Assembly: GCA_963778215.1 (NCBI GenBank)
Contig: CAVZTL010000005.1
Coordinates: 103,985-167,984 of the forward strand
Source: an uncultured Actinomycetota bacterium
Lineage (GTDB): Bacteria > Actinomycetota > Thermoleophilia > Solirubrobacterales > Solirubrobacteraceae
Length of the DNA stretch: 64,000 nt
Reading direction: 5' to 3'
Shown here: positions 49,926 to 62,103 of the stretch, one piece after another
Numbering within the stretch: the first letter of the stretch is position 1
How the letters are laid out: every line of letters starts with the position of its first letter
Made by a program: the position numbers and the translations under genes
The notes under the pieces: model-generated
The model's database searches: none
Told to the model about the DNA's origin: nothing
What the model saw: only the letters and a program-made list of their open reading frames with translations

Positions 49926-51544
49926 ATGGGCGGCGTGCGCAGATGGTTCGATCGCCTCGGTAACGAGGCCTACTACATGCTCTGCTGCCTGCGCAGCGGA
50001 ATGTTCGGGATCGAGTCCCCCAGCGCGTGGCGCAGGTGGGGCGAGCGCTGGCCGCCTACGGCATGCTCGGCGGGGGGGTGGCCGTAGCCGCCATCCGGCA
50101 CCCGGATCGGGTGGCCGTGATCGACGACCACGGCCAGTCCACCTACCGCGAGCTGGATGATCGCGTCAACGCGCTGGCCAATGCCTGGCGGTCGGCCGGG
50201 CTGAAGCCCCATGAGGGGGTGGCGATCATGACCCGCAACCATCAGGGTTTTCTCGAGGCGCTGTTCGCCGCCGCCAAGTGCGGTGCCCGCGTCGTGCTGA
50301 TGAACACCGGCTTCTCCGCCCCGCAGGTGCGCGAGGTGGTTGGACGTGAGGGCGTCGACCTGTTCGTCTACGACGAGGAATTCGAGTCACTGATGGGCGA
50401 CCTGGCCCTGCGCTACGGCGGTTTCCGCGCCTGGCGGGACAGCCGCCACAACGAGGCCGACACACTGGAGGCCCTGATCGCCTCAGCGCCCAGGAGCGCG
50501 CCGCCCAAGCCGGCGCGTGCGCCGCGCCTGGTCATCCTGACCAGTGGCACGACCGGTATGCCCAAGGGCGCCGGACGCGATGTGCCGATGTCGCTCGCCC
50601 CCGTCGGCGGACCGCTCAGCAAGGTGCCCTTCCGCTCCGGCGACGTCACTCAGATCTCGGCGCCGCTGTTCCACGCCCTGGGCTTCACCCAGGGTCTGCT
50701 CCAGATCGGGCTGGGGGCCACGCTCGTGCTGGCGCGGCGGTTCTCCCCCGAGGCCGTGCTCGACAGCCTCGCCGAGAACCACGTCACCACCTGGGTGATC
50801 GTGCCGATCATGCTCCAGCGTGTGCTGGCCCTGGAGACAGGGGAGTGGGGAGAGCGTGACCTGTCCGCGCTGCGGATCATCTATCTGAGCGGCTCTCAGC
50901 TCGGCACCCACCTGGCCCGTGAGGCGCTCAAGCGGTTCGGCCCCGTGCTCTACAACCTCTACGGATCGACCGAGATCGCCTACGCCACGATCGCCACGCC
51001 GGCCGACCTCCAGGCCGAACCGGCCTGCGTGGGGCGGGTGGTCCGAGGCGCCGTGGTCAGGATCCTCGACGCTGACGGGCGAGAGCTCCCGGTCGGTCAG
51101 ACCGGGCGCATCTTCGTCGGTCATATGATCGAGTTCGAGGGCTATACCGGGGGTGGCGACAAGGAACGGATCCGCGGCCTGGTCTCATCCGGTGACGTCG
51201 GCCATTTTGACGCCGAGGGACGCCTGTTCATCGACGGCCGCGACGACGAGATGATCATCTCCGGAGGCGAGAACATCTTCCCGCGGGAGATCGAGGAGCT
51301 GCTGCATGGCCACCCCGCCGTGCTCGAAGCGGCAGCCGTCGGTGTCAGCGATGAGCAGTTCGGTCAGCGGTTGAGCGTGTACGTGGTCAGGCGCTACGGG
51401 AGCGCACTGAGCGATGAGGAGGTCAAGGCCTACGTGCGCGACAACCTCGCTCGCTACAAGGTGCCGCGCACCGTAACCTTCCTCGACGAGCTCCCGCGCA
51501 ACCCGACGGGCAAGGTAGTCAAGCTGGAGTTGCTCAAACGCTGA
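49926..51544 (+). CDS. Acyl-CoA synthetase (FadD2/FadD12-like; indel near 50020)
   Basis: LTSGTTGMPKG, YGSTE, SGDVG, GRDDEMIISGGENIFP, LPRNPTGK. Confidence 0.93.
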
Positions 51545-51930
51545 TGGCGCTGACGATCGTCAACCGCACACGACAGGACACCATCGTGTGCGCCCATACC
51601 GAGGTGGCGGACAACGTGCTCAAACGGCTGCGCGGCCTGCTCGGCCGCGCATCTCTGGCCTCCGGCCAGGGCATGCTCTTCCGCGGCGAATCATCAATTC
51701 ACAGTGCCTTTATGCGGTTTCGCTTCGATGCAGTCTTCATGGATCGTGAGCTTCGGGTGGTTGGCCTGGCGCAGGACATCCCCCCGTGGCGGGCCCGCTC
51801 GGCCCGGGGGGCTCGTAACATTCTGGAGCTCGCGTCCGGCGAGATCGCCCGCACGGGTGTCGTGGTGGGCGACCAGCTCGCCGAGATCGAGGAACGCGAT
51901 GTCACTGCGGGCCACACGCCAAGAAACTGA
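51544..51930 (+). CDS. DUF192-family protein
   Basis: RLRGLLGR, GMLF, SIHSAFMRFRFDAVF, LEL. Confidence 0.88.
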   Translation: MALTIVNRTRQDTIVCAHTEVADNVLKRLRGLLGRASLASGQGMLFRGESSIHSAFMRFRFDAVFMDRELRVVGLAQDIPPWRARSARGARNILELASGEIARTGVVVGDQLAEIEERDVTAGHTPRN

Positions 51931-51958
51931 ACCCGCGTCGGTCCCGTCGCTGCGGATC

Positions 51959-53365
51959 ATGCCGCGACTCGAGCCGGGAGCCCACGGCAACCGCGGCTCG
52001 CGGCGCACCGCGGCCGGCGTCGGCCGGCCGGCCGGGCTGATCGCGCTGCTGGCCGCCGTGGGGATCGCCGTCGCCGCCCTCTTGCTCACGGGCTCGCACC
52101 ACCCGGCGGGCCGCCCCATAACGGCCACCGCGCGCGGGCGTCTGGGCGGGTTCTCGCCCCGGTTCGCGGCCACCGGCGAGGTGCTGTCTCAGACCGGAGC
52201 GCGCCAGGCTGTGGCCGGGCTGGGGGCGGCCTCGCGCTCGCTGGCCGAAGCGACCAGCGCGGAGGTGGCGGCATCCAACCAGGCCACCGCAGCCGCGCGG
52301 GCGGCGCCGTCGCCTCACTACCTGAGCTCGAGCGACCTGATCAGCCTGGCCGACGGCACGAGCGGCTACCAACCGGCCGCCTACCTGGTGCGCGATTACC
52401 AGTCCGTGGCCGCCCGCTACCAGATCCCCTGGCGTGTGCTCGCCGGGATCGAGTACATCAAGGGTGATTACGTGAACGCCACCGCGGGCGACTCGGCCGC
52501 CTTCGAACGAGCCCTGTCGGCCCAGGTCCAGGCCTCCGGCCGGCCGGCCCCCAACGCGCGCGTGCTGGCGCAGGCCACCGCGGCCGCCGCCCAACCCAGT
52601 TTCGGCCTGACCCTCGACGCCAAGCGCCTGGCCGCGGATGGCGCCACGCAGAGCCCGGCGCGGGGGATCACGACCTTCATGAGCGGCACCGGGGTGAGCA
52701 CCCAGTCGGTGCTGACGCTCGCGCAGGCGATCGACTCGTCGGTCTCGAGCTCGGCCGCGCCCGCGGTGAAGGTGGCCACGATGCTCAACGAGGCGCAGCT
52801 GCTCAACGGGCTCCCCTACATCTGGGGCGGCGGCCACACCGAGCCGGCCTGGGTGGTGAGCGCCGGTTACGACTGCTCCGGCTTCGTCTCCGAGATCCTG
52901 CACTCGGCCGGCTATCTGAGTTCCCCCGATACCACGCAGACCCTGCCGGGTTCCGCCGGCATCCTCAGCGGGCCGGGCAAATACGTGACGATCTACGACC
53001 GCACCATCGCCACGCTCAAGGTGTGGGTCAAGAAGAAGAAGATGATCACCAAGCGGGAGATGGTCAATCCGGCCACCGCCGGTGTGCACGTGACCCGGGG
53101 CCGGCGGGCCAACTCTCTCACCGCCGTTCAGATCACCGTCCCCAAGACGGTGGGTGAGTGGAAGACGATTCATCTGACCAAGCTCGTCCGCAGTCAGGAC
53201 ACCTCCAACAACGACGAGCACGTGATCATCGACATCGACGGCCAGTGGTGGGAGAGCGGGGGCAGCAGCGCCGACGGCGGCGCTGCCATGGTCCACCCGA
53301 TGCTCAACCCCAGCTCGGCCTACCTGAAGAGCTTCAACCAGATCCTGCACCCGCAGGGCCTGTAG
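51959..53365 (+). CDS. Membrane-anchored NlpC/P60-type peptidoglycan hydrolase with a degenerate lytic-transglycosylase-like segment
   Basis: One TM; YQSVAARYQIPWRVLAGI; PYIWGGGH...GYDCSGFVS; later HVIIDIDG. Confidence 0.78.
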   Translation: MPRLEPGAHGNRGSRRTAAGVGRPAGLIALLAAVGIAVAALLLTGSHHPAGRPITATARGRLGGFSPRFAATGEVLSQTGARQAVAGLGAASRSLAEATSAEVAASNQATAAARAAPSPHYLSSSDLISLADGTSGYQPAAYLVRDYQSVAARYQIPWRVLAGIEYIKGDYVNATAGDSAAFERALSAQVQASGRPAPNARVLAQATAAAAQPSFGLTLDAKRLAADGATQSPARGITTFMSGTGVSTQSVLTLAQAIDSSVSSSAAPAVKVATMLNEAQLLNGLPYIWGGGHTEPAWVVSAGYDCSGFVSEILHSAGYLSSPDTTQTLPGSAGILSGPGKYVTIYDRTIATLKVWVKKKKMITKREMVNPATAGVHVTRGRRANSLTAVQITVPKTVGEWKTIHLTKLVRSQDTSNNDEHVIIDIDGQWWESGGSSADGGAAMVHPMLNPSSAYLKSFNQILHPQGL

Positions 53366-53381
53366 CCGCTGCACAACCGCA

Positions 53382-55046
53382 GTGCCCCCGTCTCAGCGGC
53401 AGGCCGAAGCGATCGTCGTGGGCGGGGGCCTGGCCGGCCTGGTCGCCACGGCCGAGCTCGCCGCCGCCGGCAAGCATGTGCTGCTGCTCGACCAGGAGCC
53501 GGAGGCGTCGTTCGGCGGTCAGGCGTTCTGGTCGCTCGGCGGGCTGTTCCTGGTCAATTCGCCTGAGCAGCGACGGGCGCGGATCCACGATTCGCTCGAG
53601 CTCGCGTGGGCGGACTGGCTGGGCAGCGCCCAGTTCGACCGGCCCGAGGACGAGCACCCGCGTGCCTTTGCTCGCGCCTACGTCGAGTTCGCGGCGACCG
53701 AGAAGCGCGACTGGCTGCGGTCGCTCGGGCTCCGCGTGCTGCCCAGCCCCGGCTGGGCGGAGCGGGGCGGCGGCGACGCGCTCGGCCACGGCAATTCCGT
53801 GCCGCGCTTTCATCTGACCTGGGGCACCGGCCCGGCGGTCGTCGAGCCGTTCGAGCGCCGGGTCCGCGCGGCGGCCGAGCGCGGCCTGGTGCAGCTGGCC
53901 TTCCGCCACCGGGTCGACGAGCTGATCGTCGAGCACGGACGGGTGACCGGGGTGGGCGGCGGGGTGCTAGCGCGCTCGCTGGTGCAGCGCGGCCAGGCGA
54001 GCTCGCGGGAGGCCGTCGGGCGCTTCGAGGCGCGGGGCGCGGCGGTGCTGGTGGCCAGCGGCGGCATCGGCGGCAACCTCGAGCTCGTCCGGCGCTACTG
54101 GCCCCAGCGGCTCGGCTCGCCCCCGCGTGAGATGGTCGCGGGCGTTCCCGCCAGCACGGATGGCCGCATGCTCGAGGTCGCCGAGCGGGCCGGCGCCAGC
54201 TGGATCGGGCGCGATCGCATGTGGCACTACACGGAGGGGGTTCGCAACTGGAATCCGATCTGGGAGAACCACGGAATCCGGATCCTGCCTGCGCCCTCCT
54301 CGATGTGGTTCGACGCCACCGGCCGGCGCCTGCCCGCGCCGCTGTTCCCGGGCTTCGACACGGTGGCCACGCTCGCCCACATCGGCCGCAGCGGGCACGA
54401 GCACACCTGGTTTGTCCTGAACCGGCGGATCATCGCCCGGGAGTTCGCGCTGTCGGGTTCCGAGCAGAACCCGGACATCACCGGCAAGGACATCGAGGCG
54501 ACCCTGCGCACCCGGCTGTTGCCGGAGGTCCCGGCGCCGATCCAGGCCTTCCTGGATCACGGCGAGGACTTTGTCGTGGCCAACAGCCTGCGTGAACTGG
54601 TCGACGCCATGAACTCGCTGACGCCGGAGCCCCTGCTCGACCACGCGCAGATCGAGCGCCAGATGGTCGCCCGCGACCGCGAGGTGGCCAACCCGTTCGG
54701 CAAGGATCTCCAGCTGATGGCCATCCGGGCGGCCCGCCGCTACCTGCCCGACCGCGTCAGCCGCGTGGCCGCACCGCATCGGATCCTCGACCCGGCGTCC
54801 GGCCCGCTCATCGCCGTGCGCCTGCACGTGCTGACCCGCAAGACGCTGGGTGGGCTGGCCACCGACCTGGAGGCCCGCGTCCTGGACACCCACGGCCAGC
54901 GGCTCGACGGCCTGTGGGCCGCGGGCGAGGCGGCCGGCTTCGGCGGAGGCGGCATGCACGGCTACAACGCGCTCGAGGGCACCTTCCTCGGCGGCTGTCT
55001 GTTCAGCGGCCGGCAGGCCGGGCGCTCGATGGCCGCCCGCATCTGA
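53382..55046 (+). CDS. FAD-binding dehydrogenase (KsdD-like, PRK12834 type)
   Basis: GGGLAGL, GGQAFWSLGGLF, GNSVPRFH, LTRKTLGG, LEGTFLGGCLFSGR. Confidence 0.93.
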   Translation: MPPSQRQAEAIVVGGGLAGLVATAELAAAGKHVLLLDQEPEASFGGQAFWSLGGLFLVNSPEQRRARIHDSLELAWADWLGSAQFDRPEDEHPRAFARAYVEFAATEKRDWLRSLGLRVLPSPGWAERGGGDALGHGNSVPRFHLTWGTGPAVVEPFERRVRAAAERGLVQLAFRHRVDELIVEHGRVTGVGGGVLARSLVQRGQASSREAVGRFEARGAAVLVASGGIGGNLELVRRYWPQRLGSPPREMVAGVPASTDGRMLEVAERAGASWIGRDRMWHYTEGVRNWNPIWENHGIRILPAPSSMWFDATGRRLPAPLFPGFDTVATLAHIGRSGHEHTWFVLNRRIIAREFALSGSEQNPDITGKDIEATLRTRLLPEVPAPIQAFLDHGEDFVVANSLRELVDAMNSLTPEPLLDHAQIERQMVARDREVANPFGKDLQLMAIRAARRYLPDRVSRVAAPHRILDPASGPLIAVRLHVLTRKTLGGLATDLEARVLDTHGQRLDGLWAAGEAAGFGGGGMHGYNALEGTFLGGCLFSGRQAGRSMAARI

Positions 55047-55069
55047 GCGCCGTCCGGTCGCTCGGCGGC

Positions 55070-55118
55070 GAACCTTTGACGTACGGTTCGCAATACGAGC
55101 GCCGTACGTCAAAAGTTC
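55070..55118. terminator. Long palindrome between convergent genes (bidirectional terminator or REP-like)
   Basis: GAAC-C-TTTGACGTACGG-N15-CCGTACGTCAAA-A-GTTC. Confidence 0.65.
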
Positions 55119-55122
55119 AGGG

Positions 55123-55821
55123 TCAGCGGCCCAGGAACCTGATCATGGCTGCGGCCATGGCCGCGGCGGCGCGCTTCTGGAAGGACGCCGCGCTCAGCAG
55201 CGTCGCATCGGTGGCGTTGCGCATGTTCCCGCACTCGATCAGGACCTTGGGCACCGTCGTGAGGTTCAGGCCGGCCAGGTCGTCGCGCGGCTGCAGGCCA
55301 TCGACGCCGTCGTAGGTCGAGATGGGCATTCCGGTGCCGGTGGCGAAGGCCGAGCGCAGCACGCGGGCGAAGCGGCCCGAGGAGCCCACGACCTTTGCGT
55401 TGGTTGAGTCTCTGATCGGCTCGAGGATCGCGAACCCGCGGCCCGAGGGCGGACCGCCGTCGGCGTGGATGTCGATCGCCACGTTCACGTGCGCGCGATC
55501 GAGGATCCGAGCCCGCGTGTTCACGCAGGGCCCGAGGCCCGCATTGCTGTGGCGGGTGAGCACCACCCGGGCGCCATCGGCCCTGAGGTCGGCCGTCAGG
55601 TAGCCGGCCACCTTCCAGTTGAACTGCGCCTCGGTGTAGCCGCTGTCGGTGGCCGTGCCGGTGGTGTCGCAGGTCTCCATCTCCCGGCCGTTCCAGACCA
55701 GGTGGTTGATGAAGCTGGGATCGCTGTAGTTGCGTCCGTTGTGCCCGGGATCGATGCCGATGACCGTGCCCGACAGCGGGAGGGCACGGGAAGGATGAGC
55801 AATGGGCAGAGCCGCCAGCAC
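55123..55821 (-). CDS. N-acetylmuramoyl-L-alanine amidase (Amidase_3, Rv3717-like)
   Basis: IDPGHNG, EAQFN, IHADG, VLIECGNM; paired Cys. Confidence 0.92.
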   Translation of the reverse strand: MLAALPIAHPSRALPLSGTVIGIDPGHNGRNYSDPSFINHLVWNGREMETCDTTGTATDSGYTEAQFNWKVAGYLTADLRADGARVVLTRHSNAGLGPCVNTRARILDRAHVNVAIDIHADGGPPSGRGFAILEPIRDSTNAKVVGSSGRFARVLRSAFATGTGMPISTYDGVDGLQPRDDLAGLNLTTVPKVLIECGNMRNATDATLLSAASFQKRAAAAMAAAMIRFLGR

Positions 55822-55855
55822 GCATCGAGCTTAGCCAGCTAACGTCAGGGCCGAA

Positions 55856-57998
<2,143 letters not shown>

Positions 57999-58018
<20 letters not shown>

Positions 58019-58613
58019 TCTCGCGCAGAAGGGCCTCGTTGGACGGCAGACGCTGCTCGGAGTGAAACTGCATCTGCCGGCGAGCGGCCCGGGCAAAGGC
58101 GCAGTCGATCACCAGCAGCGCGATCGCGTCGGCGTCGGCGTCGGCCCGGACGCGGCCCGCCCTCTGCTGCCCGCGCAGGTAGCCGCCGAGCAGGTTCACG
58201 CCCTTGTGCGGGCCGAGGTCGTTGGCCTCGACGAACGCGGCCAGCGCCGAGCCGAGCTCGGGGTCGGCCTGGGCCGCGTGCAGCACAGGGACGACATCGT
58301 CGAAAAACCGCTCGAGCGCGCCCAGCGCGGCTCGGAGCACCTCGGCCGGATCGAGGGTCTTCACGTCCAGGCCGGCCATGAACTGGAGTGGCTTCATCCC
58401 CTGTTGGAAGACGGCCTGGAGCAGGCCGGCCCGGTCCCCGAAGTGGTAGTAGACGCTGGCGTCTGAGACGCCGGCCCGGGCGGCCACCTCGCGGCTGGTC
58501 AGCTTGGCGATGCCCTGCTCGCGCAGGACGGCGAGGGCCGCTTCGATGATCGCCTCACGTCCTCCGGAGGGCGGGCGCCCCCTGCGCCTGGGTGGTTCGT
58601 CGGTGGCCGTCAT
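57999..58613 (-). CDS. TetR/AcrR-family regulator
   Basis: [30 protein letters not shown]. Confidence 0.95.
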
Positions 58614-58652
58614 CTCGCTGATTGCAGCCTATCCCTCAGGGGTAGAAAATTT

Positions 58653-58697
58653 CTGAGCACCAACTCAGGATAGCTGATATCCTGAGCGCGGACTCAG
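58653..58697. promoter_or_regulatory. Two palindromic TetR operator candidates
   Basis: CTGAG-N6-CTCAG at 58653-58668 and 58682-58697, between divergent tetR and MFS genes. Confidence 0.7.
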
Positions 58698-58724
58698 TTA
58701 TCTGTTCGAGTGTGGAGCGTGACG

Positions 58725-60269
58725 ATGGACCGCAAGTGGTGGACGCTGATCGCCGTATGTACCGGCGTCTTCATGTTGCTGTTGGACATCACGATCGTGA
58801 ACGTGGCGCTGCCCCAGATCGAGACCGCCTTCAAGGCGAGCCTCTCGGATCTGCAATGGGTGATCGACGCCTACGCACTCACCCTCGCTGCGCTGCTCCT
58901 GACCGCCGGCTCGATCGCCGACCTGGCCGGCCGCCGGCGGGTCTTCGCCACCGGCATCGTCGTCTTCACGCTCGGCTCCATCCTGTGCGGGGCCGCGCAG
59001 AGCTCGCTCTTCCTGTCGCTCGCCCGGGCGCTCCAGGGCGTCGGTGGCGCGATCATGTTCGCCACGGCACTCGCGCTGCTGGCCCAGGCCTTCGCGCCGC
59101 GCGACCGCGGTGTCGCCTTTGCCGTCTTCGGGGCGGTGACCGGGGTCGCGGTGGCCGTCGGCCCGGTGGTCGGCGGCGCCGTCACCAGCGGCCTGAGCTG
59201 GCGCTGGATCTTCTTCATCAACGTGCCGATCGGGGTGGCCGCCCTGGTGGTGACCCTGCGACGCGTCGACGAGTCCCGCCGCCCGGGAGCGCCGCGCCCG
59301 GACGTGCCGGGGTTTGTCACCTTCAGCCTGGCGCTGGCCGGGCTGGTCTTCGCGCTGATCCGCAGCTCGGCCGAGGGCTGGGGCTCCTTCCAGGTACTCG
59401 GATCGCTGATCGCGGCTGCCGTGCTCATGCTCGCGTTCATCGGCATCGAGCGGCGCGTCCGCGCACCCATGCTCGACCTCGGGCTGCTGCGCGTCCCCAC
59501 CTTCAACGGCGGGCTGGTGTCGGCCTGGGCGGTGTCGGCGTCGATCTTCTCGATGCTCACCTATCTGGTCATCTACTTCCAGGACATCCTGGGCTTCTCG
59601 GCCATCGGGGCCGGCCTGCGCTTCCTGCCGCTCACCGGCGCCGTGTTCCTGATCGCGGGCGTGGCTGGACGGCTGACCACGAAGGTGCCGATTCGCTTTC
59701 TCATCGGTGCGGGTTTCGGCTGCGTGGTCGTGGGCCTGCTGCTGATGCGCGGACTGACCCCCGCGGACAGCTGGACCCACTTCCTGCCCGGGTTCATCGT
59801 CGCCGGTCTGGGTGCCGGGCTGATCAACGTGCCGCTCGCCTCGACCGCCGTAGGCGTCGTGCCGGCCGAGCGCGCGGGTATGGCCTCGGGCATCAACTCG
59901 ACCCTGCGCCAGGTCGGCATCGCCACCGGCGTGGCCACCCTGGGCACGATCCTGACCAGCCGGATCAAGTCAGAGGTAGTCGCCCATCTGGCCGGCACGC
60001 CGCTGGCCGGGCACGCGCAGCAGCTGGCCACCGCGATCAGCGCAGGGGGAGCCCATGCGGCCATCGCCCACGCGCCTCATCAGGTTCAGGGGCTGATCGC
60101 CGCGGCGGCCAAGACCAGCTACGTCGACGCGCTCAACACCATCCTGCTGGTCGGGGCGGGCGTCGCCCTGGTGGGCATGATCGTGGCCCTGCTGGCCATC
60201 CGCCAGCGCGACTTCCAGGACGCCCCTCAGAAGGATGATGTGCCGGAGGGCGCCGCAGTGCCGGCCTGA
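58725..60269 (+). CDS. DHA2-family (EmrB/QacA) MFS transporter
   Basis: LDITIVNVALP, WVIDAY, GRRR, WRWIFFINVPIG; 14-TM pattern. Confidence 0.95.
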   Translation: MDRKWWTLIAVCTGVFMLLLDITIVNVALPQIETAFKASLSDLQWVIDAYALTLAALLLTAGSIADLAGRRRVFATGIVVFTLGSILCGAAQSSLFLSLARALQGVGGAIMFATALALLAQAFAPRDRGVAFAVFGAVTGVAVAVGPVVGGAVTSGLSWRWIFFINVPIGVAALVVTLRRVDESRRPGAPRPDVPGFVTFSLALAGLVFALIRSSAEGWGSFQVLGSLIAAAVLMLAFIGIERRVRAPMLDLGLLRVPTFNGGLVSAWAVSASIFSMLTYLVIYFQDILGFSAIGAGLRFLPLTGAVFLIAGVAGRLTTKVPIRFLIGAGFGCVVVGLLLMRGLTPADSWTHFLPGFIVAGLGAGLINVPLASTAVGVVPAERAGMASGINSTLRQVGIATGVATLGTILTSRIKSEVVAHLAGTPLAGHAQQLATAISAGGAHAAIAHAPHQVQGLIAAAAKTSYVDALNTILLVGAGVALVGMIVALLAIRQRDFQDAPQKDDVPEGAAVPA

Positions 60270-60289
60270 GCCTCGCGCGCTTGCTAAGA

Positions 60290-60305
60290 TGCTTGCCAGC
60301 AAGCA
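60290..60305. promoter_or_regulatory. Palindromic MarR operator candidate
   Basis: TGCTTGC-CA-GCAAGCA about 25 nt upstream of marR. Confidence 0.6.
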
Positions 60306-60329
60306 ACTACCTTTCGGGAAAGGGCAGGC

Positions 60330-60782
60330 GTGGTCACAGAGGTCGATACAGATACCGCCCAGCGGCTGCGCATGGTGCTCGGCCAGCTGGGCCGCCGACT
60401 GCGCCCGACCGAGGCCAGCCTGGCCGCGGACCTGACCCCGACCCGCGTGGCCGTGTTGCTGAACACGGTGCGCAACGGTCCGATCAGGCTCTCCGAGGTG
60501 GCCGAGCAGGAGGGCCTCAACCCGACCCTGCTGTCCCGCACGGTGGCCAACCTGGCCCAGGACGGTCTGCTCACCCGCGCCGCCGACGCGGCCGACCGCC
60601 GATCCGCCTGGCTGGAGGCCACCCCGGCGGGGCGCGATCTGGCCGCGCGTATCCGGGCCCAGCGGACGCACGCCGTGGAGGTCGCCCTGGCCGAGCTCTC
60701 GCCGGCCGATCGCGGCCTGATCGAGGCGGCCCTGCCCGCCCTGGAGGAGCTGGCCCAGCACCTGCACCAGGCCAACCGATGA
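60330..60782 (+). CDS. MarR-family regulator
   Basis: LTPTRVAVL, LSEVA..LSRTVANL, DRRS..T.AG. Confidence 0.9.
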   Translation: MVTEVDTDTAQRLRMVLGQLGRRLRPTEASLAADLTPTRVAVLLNTVRNGPIRLSEVAEQEGLNPTLLSRTVANLAQDGLLTRAADAADRRSAWLEATPAGRDLAARIRAQRTHAVEVALAELSPADRGLIEAALPALEELAQHLHQANR

Positions 60783-62059
60783 GTCCGGCCGTCCGGCGGG
60801 CCTCGCGCACGACCTTCGCCGCGCTCGCCGTTCCCAACTATCGCCTGTACCTGGCCGGCCAGGCCACGTCGCTGGTGGGCACCTGGATGCAGATGGCCGC
60901 GCAGTCGTGGTTGGTCTACACGCTGACGCACTCGGCCACCGACCTTGGCTTGATCGTCGCCCTACAGACGTTGCCCGTGCTGATCCTCGGGCCCTACGGG
61001 GGCGTCATCGCCGACCGCGTCGACAAGCGCCGGGCGATGATCGGGCTGCAGGCGCTGATGGGACTTCAGGCCCTGGTCCTCGGCCTGCTCACGGTGACGC
61101 ACTCCGTGCGTCTGTGGGAAATCGGTGCGCTGGCCTTCATCCTCGGTCTCAACAACACCTTTGAGAATCCGGCCCGGCAGTCGTTCATGCTCGAGCTCGT
61201 CGGGTCTGAGCATCTGCGCAATGCGGTCAGCCTCAACTCGACGATGGTCAACGTCGCGCGGGTCATCGGCCCCGGAATCGGCGGCCTGATGATCGCCGTG
61301 GTGGGCAGCGGCTGGTGCTTTCTGTTCAATGCCGTCAGCTTCTTCGCGGTGATCTACTCGCTGACCCGCATGGACACCTCGGCGCTGCGGCCGGTCACCC
61401 CGACCCCGCGGGCCAAGGGCCAGCTGCGCGACGGTCTGCGCTACGTGCGCCGCGAGCCGAAGCTGGCGCTGCCGCTGGCCATGGCCGCCGTGGTCGGCTG
61501 CCTGGCCTACGAGTTCCAGGTCTCGCTTCCCTACATGGCGGCCCACGGTCTCCATGTCGGCTCGGCCGGGTACGGGTTCATGACCGCCGCAATGGGCGTC
61601 GGCGCCGTGGTCGGCGGCCTCGGCATGGCCGCTCGCGGCAGGATCGGTTCCCATGTCCTGATCATCGCCGCCCTGGCTTACGGGGTGAGCATGACCCTGT
61701 CCGCACTCGCGCCCGACCTGGCGCTCGAACTGCTGGCGCTGGCACTGGTCGGCGCCGCCGGCGTCGCCTTCATGTCGATGACCAACGCCACCCTGCAGCT
61801 GCGCGCCGCGCCGGAGATGCGCGGCCGCGTCATGGCGCTCTGGTTCGTCTCCTTCCAGGGCTCGACCCCGATCGGCGGGCCGATCGTCGGAGCGGTGATG
61901 GCCGGGTACGGGGCGCGGGCGGGTCTCGGCATCGGCGCGGTCGCCTGCTTCGTGGTGGCGGGCGCCGGGGCGCTGGCCCTGCGCCGACTGCGGGCCCGGC
62001 CGGACGCGGCGCCGTCCGCCGTCGATCTCGCCCCGCTCGAGGACGCCCTGCCGGTCTGA
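60779..62059 (+). CDS. MFS transporter (MFS_3/EntS-like)
   Basis: NYRLYLAGQATSLVGTWMQ, GVIADRVDKR, PARQSF, MRGRVMAL. Confidence 0.93.
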   Translation: MSPAVRRASRTTFAALAVPNYRLYLAGQATSLVGTWMQMAAQSWLVYTLTHSATDLGLIVALQTLPVLILGPYGGVIADRVDKRRAMIGLQALMGLQALVLGLLTVTHSVRLWEIGALAFILGLNNTFENPARQSFMLELVGSEHLRNAVSLNSTMVNVARVIGPGIGGLMIAVVGSGWCFLFNAVSFFAVIYSLTRMDTSALRPVTPTPRAKGQLRDGLRYVRREPKLALPLAMAAVVGCLAYEFQVSLPYMAAHGLHVGSAGYGFMTAAMGVGAVVGGLGMAARGRIGSHVLIIAALAYGVSMTLSALAPDLALELLALALVGAAGVAFMSMTNATLQLRAAPEMRGRVMALWFVSFQGSTPIGGPIVGAVMAGYGARAGLGIGAVACFVVAGAGALALRRLRARPDAAPSAVDLAPLEDALPV

Positions 62060-62103
62060 GTCTGAGCGCCGCCTGACCCCGGGCGGGAAGGAGGCTGAGC
62101 CGG

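Noticed and set aside
55070-55118. Integron attC site
   Set aside because: The ends GGCGAAC/GTTCAGG do not fit RYYYAAC/GTTRRRY, there is no integrase or cassette array, and it lies between convergent genes.
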